A DNA stretch of 64,000 bases from a virus (Duplodnaviria > Heunggongvirae > Uroviricota > Caudoviricetes): the IMG/VR virus record IMGVR_UViG_3300031418_000001. One strand, written 5' to 3'. This document shows, in pieces, positions 1 to 11,863 of the stretch; positions within the stretch are counted from its first letter, which is position 1, and every line of letters begins with the position of its first letter. The position numbers and the translations under genes are program-made. Under the pieces are notes generated by a model. That model was not told the origin of the DNA. It ran no database searches and saw nothing but the letters and a program-made list of their open reading frames with translations.

Positions 1-157
1 TACTATATGACTCAAGTAGGTACGGTGATAGTGCATTATTAGCTACTTCCTGTATGTTTAGGGTATTAAAATACATTAAAAACCCAAAAACAGCACAAGA
101 GAACGCAACCAATATGCGATTCAATAGCTTTATCTGCTTAACTGTATACCAGATCAT
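1..157 (-). CDS. Partial membrane protein (runs off the window start)
   Basis: ATG at 157 on the minus strand with AGGAG RBS at 166-170; MIWYTVKQIKLLNRILVAFSCAVFGFLMYF has a hydrophobic segment. Confidence 0.55.
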   Translation of the reverse strand, partial: MIWYTVKQIKLLNRILVAFSCAVFGFLMYFNTLNIQEVANNALSPYLLESYS

Positions 158-169
158 ACTTATAACTCC

Positions 170-874
170 TTAGAAAGATATGTAATATCCGGTATCCCCT
201 GCGACACTTTTTGCAAGCTCAGTAAATTCTAAAATTTCATTAGCGTCTTTAGGAACTGTATCAAATATAACTGATACATAACCTACAACTCTTGTTGAAA
301 TTACAGGAACGGAAACAACATATCTTGCACCATCCATGTATAAAGAATTTAAATTTACAGGTGATAGGTATTCATCTCTTACTTCGCTGCCAGGTTTTAA
401 GTACTCTGTCAAAACTTGTTTAAGATCTGCGGTAAAAATCTTACCTTTTAATATTAAACGCATTTGAGCAGATAGAGCACTAATAGGCAACCATTTGATA
501 TTGTACTTATTGGGATTGATTTTTGAATTAAGTTGAGCACCACTTGTAACCAGAATACGACCTTGATAAAACGTATCATGATCTGGTACGAACTTGTACA
601 CTGCGATCATACATATACGTTGGTTAATATCCATATACGAACGTGCAGATTGTTGTATATTGTCAATATTCTCCTTAGATATATTTAAGTCTTTTGGAAT
701 ATAATATTCAGTTCTTGTAGCATTTTCCACACTTACATGAACAAAAGTACTTATACTATCTTTGGTTATAAAAAGAACATACGCTAATACAGCAATTAAC
801 GCAACCAAAATAATTTTGGTATTAGTTACTTGTGAGGCAAATTCAAGGGCTTTTGTAATAATTGTATCGAACAT
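170..874 (-). CDS. Putative holin (T4 gpT-like topology) or other single-pass membrane protein
   Basis: 234 aa, one N-terminal TM helix (IILVALIAVLAYVLFI), soluble domain ending YVVSVPV..GYVSVIF (GAF-like); size and topology resemble T4 T. Confidence 0.45.
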   Translation of the reverse strand: MFDTIITKALEFASQVTNTKIILVALIAVLAYVLFITKDSISTFVHVSVENATRTEYYIPKDLNISKENIDNIQQSARSYMDINQRICMIAVYKFVPDHDTFYQGRILVTSGAQLNSKINPNKYNIKWLPISALSAQMRLILKGKIFTADLKQVLTEYLKPGSEVRDEYLSPVNLNSLYMDGARYVVSVPVISTRVVGYVSVIFDTVPKDANEILEFTELAKSVAGDTGYYISF

Positions 875-959
875 GACCTTATATCCTCTGTCTTATTTTT
901 ATAATAATATTTACCCAAAAGAGTATATTTATTAAGGTACTTGTAAGATAAATCTTATG

Positions 960-988
960 TGAAACAAAAACAATTTGTGTGCTATACT
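960..988 (+). promoter_or_regulatory. Phage promoter motif TGAAAC-N16/17-TATACT (copy 1 of at least 12)
   Basis: tgaaacaaaaacaatttgtgtgctatact; also at 8332, 15035, 16430, 34029, 37643, 38439, 44164, 53220, 57553, 57817, 63898, each upstream of a gene or RNA. Confidence 0.85.
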
Positions 989-1002
989 AAAGGAAACGAA
1001 AA

Positions 1003-1494
1003 ATGGCAAAAATGATTCTTTGTACTGATGAGAATAACGGTCTTGGGTATAAAAATACAATTCCGTGGCATAGTAAAGATGATTTCCAGCATTTTAAAAA
1101 TAGTACTATTGATTCTATTGTTGTTATGGGATTCAATACGTGGAAATCATTGCCTAAGCGACCACTGCCAAGCCGTTTAAATGTAGTACTTGTAAGTCGT
1201 CCATATATGGAGCGTCCTGATACAGAATATGGTATGAATGCTATTTTTCTTCCACAGGATAATCTGAAAGATATAATCAATAATAATCCAGAATGTATTA
1301 TCATCGGTGGTTACTGGACATACTTACAAGCTAAGCCATTTGTTAATGAAATAATTAAAAGTACTGTAATAGGTATTTATGATTCAGATGTGTTTTTTGA
1401 TATTAAAAAAGAATGTCCTGATTTTCAGGTTCAACATTCAAAAGTACTCAATGATGGAACATTAGTGGAGTACTATTTAAAAAAGGGAAGTTAA
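1003..1494 (+). CDS. frd: Dihydrofolate reductase
   Basis: GLGYKNTIPWH..DDFQHFK, VVMGFNTWKSLP.RPLP.RLNVV, IIGG and D.FF DHFR motifs. Confidence 0.95.
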   Translation: MAKMILCTDENNGLGYKNTIPWHSKDDFQHFKNSTIDSIVVMGFNTWKSLPKRPLPSRLNVVLVSRPYMERPDTEYGMNAIFLPQDNLKDIINNNPECIIIGGYWTYLQAKPFVNEIIKSTVIGIYDSDVFFDIKKECPDFQVQHSKVLNDGTLVEYYLKKGS

Positions 1495-3253
<1,759 letters not shown>

Positions 3254-3254
3254 T

Positions 3255-3578
3255 ATGATTAAAAGTATAGAAGTTGGTGAAGTTAAAATTGTATACAGCC
3301 AGGTATCTTTAAAAGAATATCTGCATGACTATGCACGATTCAATTTATATGAACCCATTCATAAGCAATGGGCTGATATATACAAACTCCCTGCATATGG
3401 TCGTATTATATACATCTATCATGAATCAAACGATTCGTATGGTTCTTCTATAGAACATGAAGGTGGATTTTTAATTCTTGAACCTGATGAAGTTGTCATA
3501 GACAGACATGCAGACCTGAAAGAGTTCTGTTTGAACAATCTTGATAGAATAATTCACGCTGATCCTGATGAACGATAA
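3255..3578 (+). CDS. Hypothetical protein
   Basis: 107-aa ORF in tandem gene order. Confidence 0.7.
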   Translation: MIKSIEVGEVKIVYSQVSLKEYLHDYARFNLYEPIHKQWADIYKLPAYGRIIYIYHESNDSYGSSIEHEGGFLILEPDEVVIDRHADLKEFCLNNLDRIIHADPDER

Positions 3579-3616
3579 ATAAAGGAAAGTACTATTATCT
3601 TTTGGAGATCAAAAAA

Positions 3617-4150
3617 ATGAATAACCTATTTAACGCATTTAGTATCAAAGTTAGTGGTCAGAATCTTGACAATCTGAAGTACTTCCAGTATGAAGACTTC
3701 GATGCTGAGAGTCTTCCTACTGATGCTGAAACTTTAGCAAAAGCAGTAGCATACATCCGTATGCGTCATATTCAACGTAAACTGAGTGAACTAAGTGTTC
3801 CTGTTTATAAAGAAGTATATTTCGGTACTGAGGGTACAGCTAAAACTGTTCCAAGTGCTGCTGAAATTGTTGTATCTTATATTAGTATCGAACCTTTTCT
3901 AAGTACTTTAGAAACTGCACCTGCTGAAGCAGATCGCTTTACTGCTGCTGCTGATGTACTTAAAGGTATTGTAGTTGAAGCACTTGGTGCTGATATTAAT
4001 GAACTTGTTGAAGTACAAAAAACTTCTACTCGTGAAGAATATGCTGGTGCTGCATCACAGGAAACTTTCTCAGACGTTCGTAATGTGTACGTCGATGCCC
4101 CAGCAGTAACCCCGACAGTTACAGTTGAATATTTGCAAATTAAATCATAA
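3617..4150 (+). CDS. Hypothetical protein, possibly virion-associated
   Basis: GGAG RBS, Ala-rich, ATAAATA late-promoter-like sequence upstream. Confidence 0.7.
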   Translation: MNNLFNAFSIKVSGQNLDNLKYFQYEDFDAESLPTDAETLAKAVAYIRMRHIQRKLSELSVPVYKEVYFGTEGTAKTVPSAAEIVVSYISIEPFLSTLETAPAEADRFTAAADVLKGIVVEALGADINELVEVQKTSTREEYAGAASQETFSDVRNVYVDAPAVTPTVTVEYLQIKS

Positions 4151-4173
4151 TTTTAGAAAGGATACCTATTGAC

Positions 4174-4362
4174 ATGGAAAGCAAGAAATACTACAATGAA
4201 ATTCTCGATGATACTGCGACCGTTGATAAAATGATCGTGCATCTGGAAAACATGATTAAAGAAGCTCCAAACGCACGGACTCGCAGCCTCGCAGAGTCTA
4301 CCTTGGGGAATATCAATTTGATTATTGCGATTTGCGAAGAACTTAAAAAACGTAATCTATAA
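4174..4362 (+). CDS. Hypothetical protein
   Basis: 62 aa with AAGGA RBS. Confidence 0.65.
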   Translation: MESKKYYNEILDDTATVDKMIVHLENMIKEAPNARTRSLAESTLGNINLIIAICEELKKRNL

Positions 4363-4387
4363 AAATATTTGGAGTTATAAGACTTAT

Positions 4388-4897
4388 ATGAAACAAATCA
4401 TTGCCAACGATAATATTACTGCATCACAAGTACGTTTAGTTCATGATGGAGTAAATGAGGTAATGGATCTTGAAGATGCACTCAATATTGCTTATTCACA
4501 TGATCTTGATCTGGTGCAGATTTCGGAAACAGACGTACCGGTAGTAAAAGTACTGGATTTGAACAAATATGCTTATGAGTTAAAACAAGCTCAGAAAGCA
4601 AACGATAAGAAACAACGTACAACTGCAACGCAAGTTAAGGAAGTACAATTTAGTACTGATACTCATGAAAATGATTTAAATGTTAAACTTAAAAAGGCAC
4701 AAGAATTTATTTCAGGTGGTAAACAAGTTCGATTGGTAATGAAAGTTATAGGTCGTATTAATTCTAATAAAGATGTACTTCAAAAAAGTATTTCTAAAAT
4801 GAATGATTTTGTAGAACGTCTCAATAATGTTGATTTTGTCCAAAGTACTGCGGTACAAGGTAACAACATTATTTGTACTGTAAAAGCTGGAAAATAA
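4388..4897 (+). CDS. infC: Translation initiation factor IF3-like protein
   Basis: NDNITASQVRLV..G..M...ALNIA...DLDLVQI...PVVKVLD..KY, KEVQF, END...KL..A..F..G..V; ATG start after GGAG RBS. Confidence 0.9.
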   Translation: MKQIIANDNITASQVRLVHDGVNEVMDLEDALNIAYSHDLDLVQISETDVPVVKVLDLNKYAYELKQAQKANDKKQRTTATQVKEVQFSTDTHENDLNVKLKKAQEFISGGKQVRLVMKVIGRINSNKDVLQKSISKMNDFVERLNNVDFVQSTAVQGNNIICTVKAGK

Positions 4898-4949
4898 TAC
4901 ATAATGGGGAATTTAATTATTCCCCTTACTTTTTTGAGGTAAAAGGCAA

Positions 4950-5498
4950 ATGGATAAAGAAAATATCAAACTAACTACTTTTGATACTTCTCCACAGAAA
5001 GTAATGTGTGCGGAGTATAAAGATTCTAAGTACTTCATCATGAACGGTAAATGTATCAATGATGCAGTAAATCGTATTCATGGTGAACTGGATCATGTAG
5101 ACATTCATGTAATGCAAAATGTATTGAATGTTTATCTGGAAGAAAACCCTGAAGATGATCTTGTTTTTATTCCTTTATATCGTTTAGTACTACTTGACGA
5201 TCCAAAAACAACCATTGATTTTGTTGAAGGTTTCTGTCGTGATCTACTTGGCTTTAACCGCCGTCGCAGTATGCAAGTAGTTAACGAACTTAACTCAGAC
5301 AACGGTGAAGCTGATGTTGGTGCGTACACTTATGAAATCGTTAATACTTTGTCTCGCTTCCTTGACAATGGTAATTACCAGTTCAATCAGAATTTGGGAT
5401 ACCGTATTGATGAAGTAACACAAGATCAAAAAATCACATTCGATACTAATGTTGCACTCCAGCAACTGATCGAACGTGATTACCCTGAAGATCTATAA
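4950..5498 (+). CDS. ClpS-like adaptor protein with N-terminal extension
   Basis: PLYRLVLLDDPKTTIDFV...F....SM....N..GEADVGAYTYEIV follows the ClpS core pattern. Confidence 0.7.
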   Translation: MDKENIKLTTFDTSPQKVMCAEYKDSKYFIMNGKCINDAVNRIHGELDHVDIHVMQNVLNVYLEENPEDDLVFIPLYRLVLLDDPKTTIDFVEGFCRDLLGFNRRRSMQVVNELNSDNGEADVGAYTYEIVNTLSRFLDNGNYQFNQNLGYRIDEVTQDQKITFDTNVALQQLIERDYPEDL

Positions 5499-5518
5499 TA
5501 GCTGACTCCAAGGCATAA

Positions 5519-6070
<552 letters not shown>

Positions 6071-6071
6071 C

Positions 6072-7667
6072 ATGAAGTACGATCAGCTTATGGAAGGAGT
6101 GATCAAAGTACCACCAAGTTTGATGAGTACTCTTAATCGCTACTTAGCATCGACGATTTGTACTATGCTTTATAAAAATATTGAATTAGTACAAAAAGTT
6201 GGAACAAAAATGCCTGAAAAGGCCGAAGAACAACTAAACAGAATTAAACAGGTAATTGGGTACTTAAAGCAGAATTACAATGCAGTAATTTTAAATGATA
6301 GTACCTACAATAGTATTTTACAGTCAAGTATCAATGTACCTGTTGATTTTCAAAAGTTCTTTTCAGAACTAAACATGCAAATACCAGATGATGGTAAGAA
6401 CCTCGTATATAAATCTAAACTTAGTTTAACAGTTAGACCATATATACAGGATGGTTCAAGTGGTTCACTAAGTTCCGATAAAGATCTAACCACTTTCCTT
6501 ATAGAAATTAAATGTGATTTAAATTTAGCCCCAATGGACGAGAATATATTTGCTCGTGCTAAAGATATTATGGGTTCAATTTATCACGAAGCACAGCATT
6601 ATATCCAGAGAAACGTATTATCCAGAATCAATCCAAATCAAAAACAACTGCAAAGTTCAGGTCAGATTGATCAAAGTTCAACTAAAGAAACTTATGATGA
6701 TTATCTTTCTTCTGGTATCGAGTACTCCCCCTGGATGGGTGACTTGATGAATGCGATCATTACTGAACTTGAAATTATGAAAGCTCACAATGATCTACCA
6801 AAAGATGGATTAAACAAGGTCTTCATGGGAGTTGTAACTAAAATAACTTCTGACGACAAGAAATCCTTTGGTAAATTCCTTTACAAAGTGTATAAAAAAG
6901 ATCCTCAGCAGTATAAAGATACCATGAAGAAGTTATTCAAAATGGTTCAACCTGCATATGACAGTATTAAAGATGCTGGACAGATGGAAGTGCTTGGTGA
7001 TTTAACACAGGAAGAAATGCCAGTTGATTTTGATGTTATGAGTACTTTACTATCAGAACTAAAACCTGCAATAGAAAAAGATGGTGGTAAATTCACTGCT
7101 TATGGAAGAAGTATAAGTACTATTCAAGAAATTAAAATAACTTTTCCTGAATATACTGTAAGTATTGTACCTTCTAAAGATACTTATGACGTTAGCATGA
7201 CAAGTAATGATGATAATATTAGTGCGTACTCCAGACCTTTATCACAAGCTGATACCTTACAATTAGCAAATGCGTTGAAAAAATATGGCGATGATGAAGA
7301 AATGACATATTCATTAATTCAGCAAACTAAGTCAGATGGAAAGTTCAGTACTGAAGCTATTCAACAAGTGTTTAAAAGAGTAAGTGAACTTAACGAAGCA
7401 AGAAACTCTGAAAAAACACAATATACTTCTTCGGAAATAGTTATTGGTGGTGTTACTTATGAAGTTAAAGCAGATGATAAATCATATCATCTTACTTCCC
7501 CTGAACTGATGTTACTTGATACTCATTTTAAAAATTCACTTGGACTAAGTATGTTCTTACAGGATATTGTTTATGCAATATCAAGAACATCACCGCAAGA
7601 AGTTCAAGAAGTACTTGAGAACTGTTTTTCTGAATATGACGCACTAAAAGCATTAAGGAGCATGTAA
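6072..7667 (+). CDS. Large hypothetical protein with HEXXH zinc-metallopeptidase motif
   Basis: GSIYHEAQHYIQ followed by YL....E; N-terminus MKYDQLMEG. Confidence 0.65.
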   Translation: MKYDQLMEGVIKVPPSLMSTLNRYLASTICTMLYKNIELVQKVGTKMPEKAEEQLNRIKQVIGYLKQNYNAVILNDSTYNSILQSSINVPVDFQKFFSELNMQIPDDGKNLVYKSKLSLTVRPYIQDGSSGSLSSDKDLTTFLIEIKCDLNLAPMDENIFARAKDIMGSIYHEAQHYIQRNVLSRINPNQKQLQSSGQIDQSSTKETYDDYLSSGIEYSPWMGDLMNAIITELEIMKAHNDLPKDGLNKVFMGVVTKITSDDKKSFGKFLYKVYKKDPQQYKDTMKKLFKMVQPAYDSIKDAGQMEVLGDLTQEEMPVDFDVMSTLLSELKPAIEKDGGKFTAYGRSISTIQEIKITFPEYTVSIVPSKDTYDVSMTSNDDNISAYSRPLSQADTLQLANALKKYGDDEEMTYSLIQQTKSDGKFSTEAIQQVFKRVSELNEARNSEKTQYTSSEIVIGGVTYEVKADDKSYHLTSPELMLLDTHFKNSLGLSMFLQDIVYAISRTSPQEVQEVLENCFSEYDALKALRSM

Positions 7668-7668
7668 C

Positions 7669-8295
7669 ATGGAACGTACAAACGAAGATATTAAATTATG
7701 GGCTAATATAGTTCAAAATGCAGAACTTGAAAAAGATATTGAAGATGCTGAAGGTCAGACTGTTATCAGTACGGGTCGCCAGGAACTTGATGAAATGCCG
7801 ATGGTACATGATATATATGATGGTGATCGTGAGGATGCTGACGCCACGTTAGGTTTTCAAACTGATGGCCTGGACTCATCTAAACTGGTTCCTGTAGCCG
7901 ATCATGGTGCGTTCAAGACCTTCCGTAACCCACGCGGCGATGCCTACCTTGCCTATGACCAAAATGGCAAATGCATTGGTCTGTTACGTGGATCTAAGAC
8001 AGGTACTATATTACAGGTTGATAATACTATTTCATATAGTCAATCAGGTGTGAAAGGTGTAATGTTTAATCTTTTTATGGATTGTATTTTACAAGGTAAT
8101 AAGATTATCAGTGATGTTACACAATCTCCTGATGCAAAAAACTTTTGGCAAAGATTAATTAGTACTGGACATATTGTATATGTAGTAGTTTACGGTGAAG
8201 TTAAAGGTAAAGCTACTCCACAAAATATGGAAAAGCTATGGACTAATGATATCGAAAATGATGCTGCTGATATTCGGTTATTACTGGTGAAATAA
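7669..8295 (+). CDS. Hypothetical protein, GNAT-like fold
   Basis: IISDVTQSPDAKNFWQRL motif typical of phage GNAT-like proteins. Confidence 0.5.
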   Translation: MERTNEDIKLWANIVQNAELEKDIEDAEGQTVISTGRQELDEMPMVHDIYDGDREDADATLGFQTDGLDSSKLVPVADHGAFKTFRNPRGDAYLAYDQNGKCIGLLRGSKTGTILQVDNTISYSQSGVKGVMFNLFMDCILQGNKIISDVTQSPDAKNFWQRLISTGHIVYVVVYGEVKGKATPQNMEKLWTNDIENDAADIRLLLVK

Positions 8296-8396
8296 ATAAA
8301 AATGGAGTACTTAGGTACTCCATTTTTTTTATGAAACAAATCTAAAAATGTGCTATACTATAATGGCTAAGAAACAAAATAAGGAAATCAAATAAA

Positions 8397-10370
8397 ATGG
8401 CAAAGGAAAAGAAAAATTCTTCCGTACTTCAGGAACATGACGTTCAGCGGTTATCGGATTATTCACATGCTCGTATTCGTACTGAAATGTACTTAGGTTC
8501 TCGTTCTGCTCATGAACAACCAGTTTTGATTTTTGGCGAAAATGATTATCAAGTCAAAAATGTAACATGGGTTCCTGCACTACTCACCGCATTTCGTGAG
8601 ATTGTTGATAACTCGTTAGATGAATTTACTAAAGCTGGTATTAAAGATGCAGTGCTAAGAGTACAATACGACGAAAGTACTTTACAGTTTATTATTTCAG
8701 ATAATGGTCGTGGTATTCCAATTGACTATGTTCCTGAATATAGTCAGCATGTGTGTACTATGGTACTTACTGAAACTAAAACAGGTCGTAACTTCGACGA
8801 TTCACAACGTAAGAAAACATCAGGACAAAACGGCCTCGGTGGTTCAATTACTATGTGTGTTAGTTCTGAAGCTGAATTAGAAGTACATCGTGTAGGGCGT
8901 CCATATAAAACTGCATCAGCAAATGATGAATATAATGGGATGTACAAATTTACACAGAAGTTTAGTGAAGGTAATGAACTGTTTCCTGAACTTAATATTC
9001 AAGACCCTGTTATTCGTAAAGTAAAAGCTGATAAAACAGGAACAACTATTAGTTTCCGTTTAAGTCCAGCGGTATTTAAAAATCGTCAGTTACCAACTGA
9101 ACTGATTTATAGTATTCTGAAAGAAATTGCTGTTGCTAACCCAACATATAAAATCTTCCTGAATGAAAATCGTATTCAGGGACGTGGTACAGCAGAAAAG
9201 GCACTGTTCGGTATTTCTAAACCTATGAGTCTTGTTGTTGACGAAGGTGAATTCCACAGTACTTTCTATGTAGTGCCTAATGCAGTAGCAGACCAAACTA
9301 CAAACTTCCATATGCACGGTATTGTTAACAACGTTCCTGCATTTGACGGTGGTAATCACTTAGACACCTTTAAAAAGAATTTTGCACTTGGTGTTATTAC
9401 TGCACTTGAGAAAGAATCAAAGAAACGTAAACTAAAGCCTAACCGTTCTGATGTTGAAGAAGGTCTTTTGATCTATAACATTACTACGATGAATGCTCCG
9501 TACTTTTCTTCTCAGACAAAATCTAAACTTATTAACGAAGAAGTAATTAAACCAATTGCTAATGCAATGAGTGTTGAGTTCTATGATGAACTTGTCAAGA
9601 AAAACAAAACTTGGATTGATGAGATCTTTGAACGTACTTCAGAACGTACAAATAAGAAAGAAGCTGAAGAAGATCGTAAAGCTGCTAAGAAACTACTAAA
9701 GGCTAAAGTTGCTAAACTTCGTGATGCAGTTAATACAGATCGTTCTGTATGTGAACTGTTTATTACGGAAGGTGATTCAGCAAGTGGTAACTTAATTGCA
9801 AGTCGTGATCCGACTAAACATGCTATTCTTCCATTACGTGGTAAAATTAAATCAGTAAATGGTAAAGAAAAAGTAGCAGATTTGATGGCATCCGAAAGCC
9901 TCAAAGATATTATGGTAAGTATTAACCTGATTCCAGGCGAGAAAGCTGTTCGTGCAAACCTAAACTATGGTCGTATTAATATCAGTACTGACTCAGATGA
10001 AGATGGTAAAAATATTCAAGCACAGATTTGTAATTTTCTTTATACATTCTGGCCTGAATTATTCCAAGATTTAGACAATCCGTTTGTTTATATCTTTAAC
10101 ACTCCATTCATTATCCTGAAGAAAGGAAAACAAGTTAAGTACTTCTATGGTCATCAAGAACATGAATATAATCCTGATGATTGGAAGGATTGGGAAACAA
10201 CACGTGCTAAAGGGTTAGGTACTCTTAAGAAAGAGCACTTTGAAGATGCAATCTATAGTGGTTATACACTTCCTATTGTTGATGATGGTACTCTATCTGA
10301 AGTACTTGATTTAATCTTCAACTCTGACCGTGCTGATGATCGTAAAGAATGGATGAAAGACAAAGAATAA
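8397..10370 (+). CDS. Type II DNA topoisomerase large subunit (ATPase + TOPRIM; gp39+gp60 fused)
   Basis: RTEMYLGS, EIVDNSLDE, DNGRGIP, GQNGLG, TEGDSA, PLRGK, TDSDEDG, KGLGT. Confidence 0.95.
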   Translation: MAKEKKNSSVLQEHDVQRLSDYSHARIRTEMYLGSRSAHEQPVLIFGENDYQVKNVTWVPALLTAFREIVDNSLDEFTKAGIKDAVLRVQYDESTLQFIISDNGRGIPIDYVPEYSQHVCTMVLTETKTGRNFDDSQRKKTSGQNGLGGSITMCVSSEAELEVHRVGRPYKTASANDEYNGMYKFTQKFSEGNELFPELNIQDPVIRKVKADKTGTTISFRLSPAVFKNRQLPTELIYSILKEIAVANPTYKIFLNENRIQGRGTAEKALFGISKPMSLVVDEGEFHSTFYVVPNAVADQTTNFHMHGIVNNVPAFDGGNHLDTFKKNFALGVITALEKESKKRKLKPNRSDVEEGLLIYNITTMNAPYFSSQTKSKLINEEVIKPIANAMSVEFYDELVKKNKTWIDEIFERTSERTNKKEAEEDRKAAKKLLKAKVAKLRDAVNTDRSVCELFITEGDSASGNLIASRDPTKHAILPLRGKIKSVNGKEKVADLMASESLKDIMVSINLIPGEKAVRANLNYGRINISTDSDEDGKNIQAQICNFLYTFWPELFQDLDNPFVYIFNTPFIILKKGKQVKYFYGHQEHEYNPDDWKDWETTRAKGLGTLKKEHFEDAIYSGYTLPIVDDGTLSEVLDLIFNSDRADDRKEWMKDKE

Positions 10371-10395
10371 TATTACCCGATAAGGATATCAAATA

Positions 10396-11790
10396 ATGGC
10401 TAAAGCAACTAAGAAACCAATTGTACAAAGACAAGAAAACCGAACTTATCTAAAAGAACCAAGTTCAACTTATATTAACCGTACAAGTCTCGAATATAGT
10501 ACCTATACTCTTGAACGTGCACTTGTCGGTATTGATGGGCTGAAGTCAGCCCAACGTAAAGCAATCTATGCAATCACCAAAACTAATGGTAAAATTAAAA
10601 CCCTTAGTCTTGCTGGTAAAATGATCGAAATGGAAATCTATGTTCACGGTGATAGCTCGGCGAGTGGTACACTTTCACAACTCGCATCGCCTGTAGTGAA
10701 TAACTATCCATTGATTTTAGGTGAAGGTTCCTTTGGTACTTGTGCCTCACCTGAACCAGCAGCACCACGTTATACGTATGTTCGTAAATCAAGCATTACC
10801 GAAAAACTACTTTTACCGGATTTGAATATTATCCCAATGAAGGATAACTATGATGGTTCAACACAAGAACCTCGTTATTTCCTTCCAATTGTTCCGGTCG
10901 CATTGTTAGGTACTGATGGCATTTCAGTTGGTTATAAACCTTCTATTTTACCTCGTAAGATTGAAGATATTATCGACAATACCATTGCAGCAATTGATAA
11001 GAAAGAAATGAAATTCATGACTCCATATTATCGTTCATATGGTGCTAACGATTTTGTTGAATATCTCGGTGAAAGTAAGTACATCATTTATGGTAAAGCT
11101 GAAGTTATTGATGGAAGTACTGTACGGGTTACGGGATTACCACATAAGATTGACCGTGAGAAATTTATTGAGAAATTGATTAAGATGCAGGATACTGGTG
11201 AGATTCGTGATTATGATGATTCCAGTACTGACGTAATTGATATTACCATTAAAATGCCTCGCGGTGCAGCTAACGGATGGGATGAAGCAAAAGTACTTAA
11301 TTACTTCTCATTGCACAGCAAAGTTACCGAAGCAATTATTTGTCTAAGTGAGAATGAGAAAGTTCGTACTTATGTTGATCCAAATGATTTAATCCGTGAT
11401 TACGTTGAATTTCGTTTTGGTTATTATGTCAAGCGTTATGAAAAATTACTTCAGGACGCATCTGATGAACTTCGTTATAAACTTCTCATCAAAGAGTGTT
11501 TTGATAATGAAATTCCAGCTAAACTTAAATCATTAAAGAACCGTGCTGAATTAGTACAATCAGTTACTGAATTGAATGAAGTAATCCAGGCATCAAAAGG
11601 TAACATTGATAATATCGTTAGCTTCCCATCCTATCGCTGGACTGAAGAATATTACGATGCAGTACTAAATGATATTAATGAGTTGGTTACGTCAATTGGT
11701 AAGTATGAAAATATGCTACAGAACCAAAATCTAATTTGGGATGTATACCGTGATGAGCTAAAAGAACTGCGTAAAACCAAGTTTGAATAA
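10396..11790 (+). CDS. Type II DNA topoisomerase medium subunit (gp52/GyrA-like)
   Basis: DGLKSAQRK, YVHGD, GSFG, AAPRYT catalytic Tyr. Confidence 0.95.
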   Translation: MAKATKKPIVQRQENRTYLKEPSSTYINRTSLEYSTYTLERALVGIDGLKSAQRKAIYAITKTNGKIKTLSLAGKMIEMEIYVHGDSSASGTLSQLASPVVNNYPLILGEGSFGTCASPEPAAPRYTYVRKSSITEKLLLPDLNIIPMKDNYDGSTQEPRYFLPIVPVALLGTDGISVGYKPSILPRKIEDIIDNTIAAIDKKEMKFMTPYYRSYGANDFVEYLGESKYIIYGKAEVIDGSTVRVTGLPHKIDREKFIEKLIKMQDTGEIRDYDDSSTDVIDITIKMPRGAANGWDEAKVLNYFSLHSKVTEAIICLSENEKVRTYVDPNDLIRDYVEFRFGYYVKRYEKLLQDASDELRYKLLIKECFDNEIPAKLKSLKNRAELVQSVTELNEVIQASKGNIDNIVSFPSYRWTEEYYDAVLNDINELVTSIGKYENMLQNQNLIWDVYRDELKELRKTKFE

Positions 11791-11794
11791 AAGA

Positions 11795-11822
11795 AAAAAG
11801 CCCCTTACATAAGGGGCTTTTT
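11795..11822 (+). terminator. Rho-independent terminator
   Basis: aaaaagcccctta-ca-taaggggcttttt. Confidence 0.85.
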
Positions 11823-11824
11823 CA

Positions 11825-11832
11825 TATAAATA
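11825..11832 (+). promoter_or_regulatory. T4-type late promoter TATAAATA
   Basis: Exact TATAAATA ~30 nt upstream of a large structural-looking gene. Confidence 0.6.
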
Positions 11833-11863
11833 TCTGTAACATTCGAATGTTGGAGATATTTAT

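Noticed and set aside
8397-10370. T4-style gene 39/60 split, ribosomal bypass or intein in the topoisomerase
   Set aside because: One continuous ORF contains both ATPase and TOPRIM motifs with no obvious insertion.
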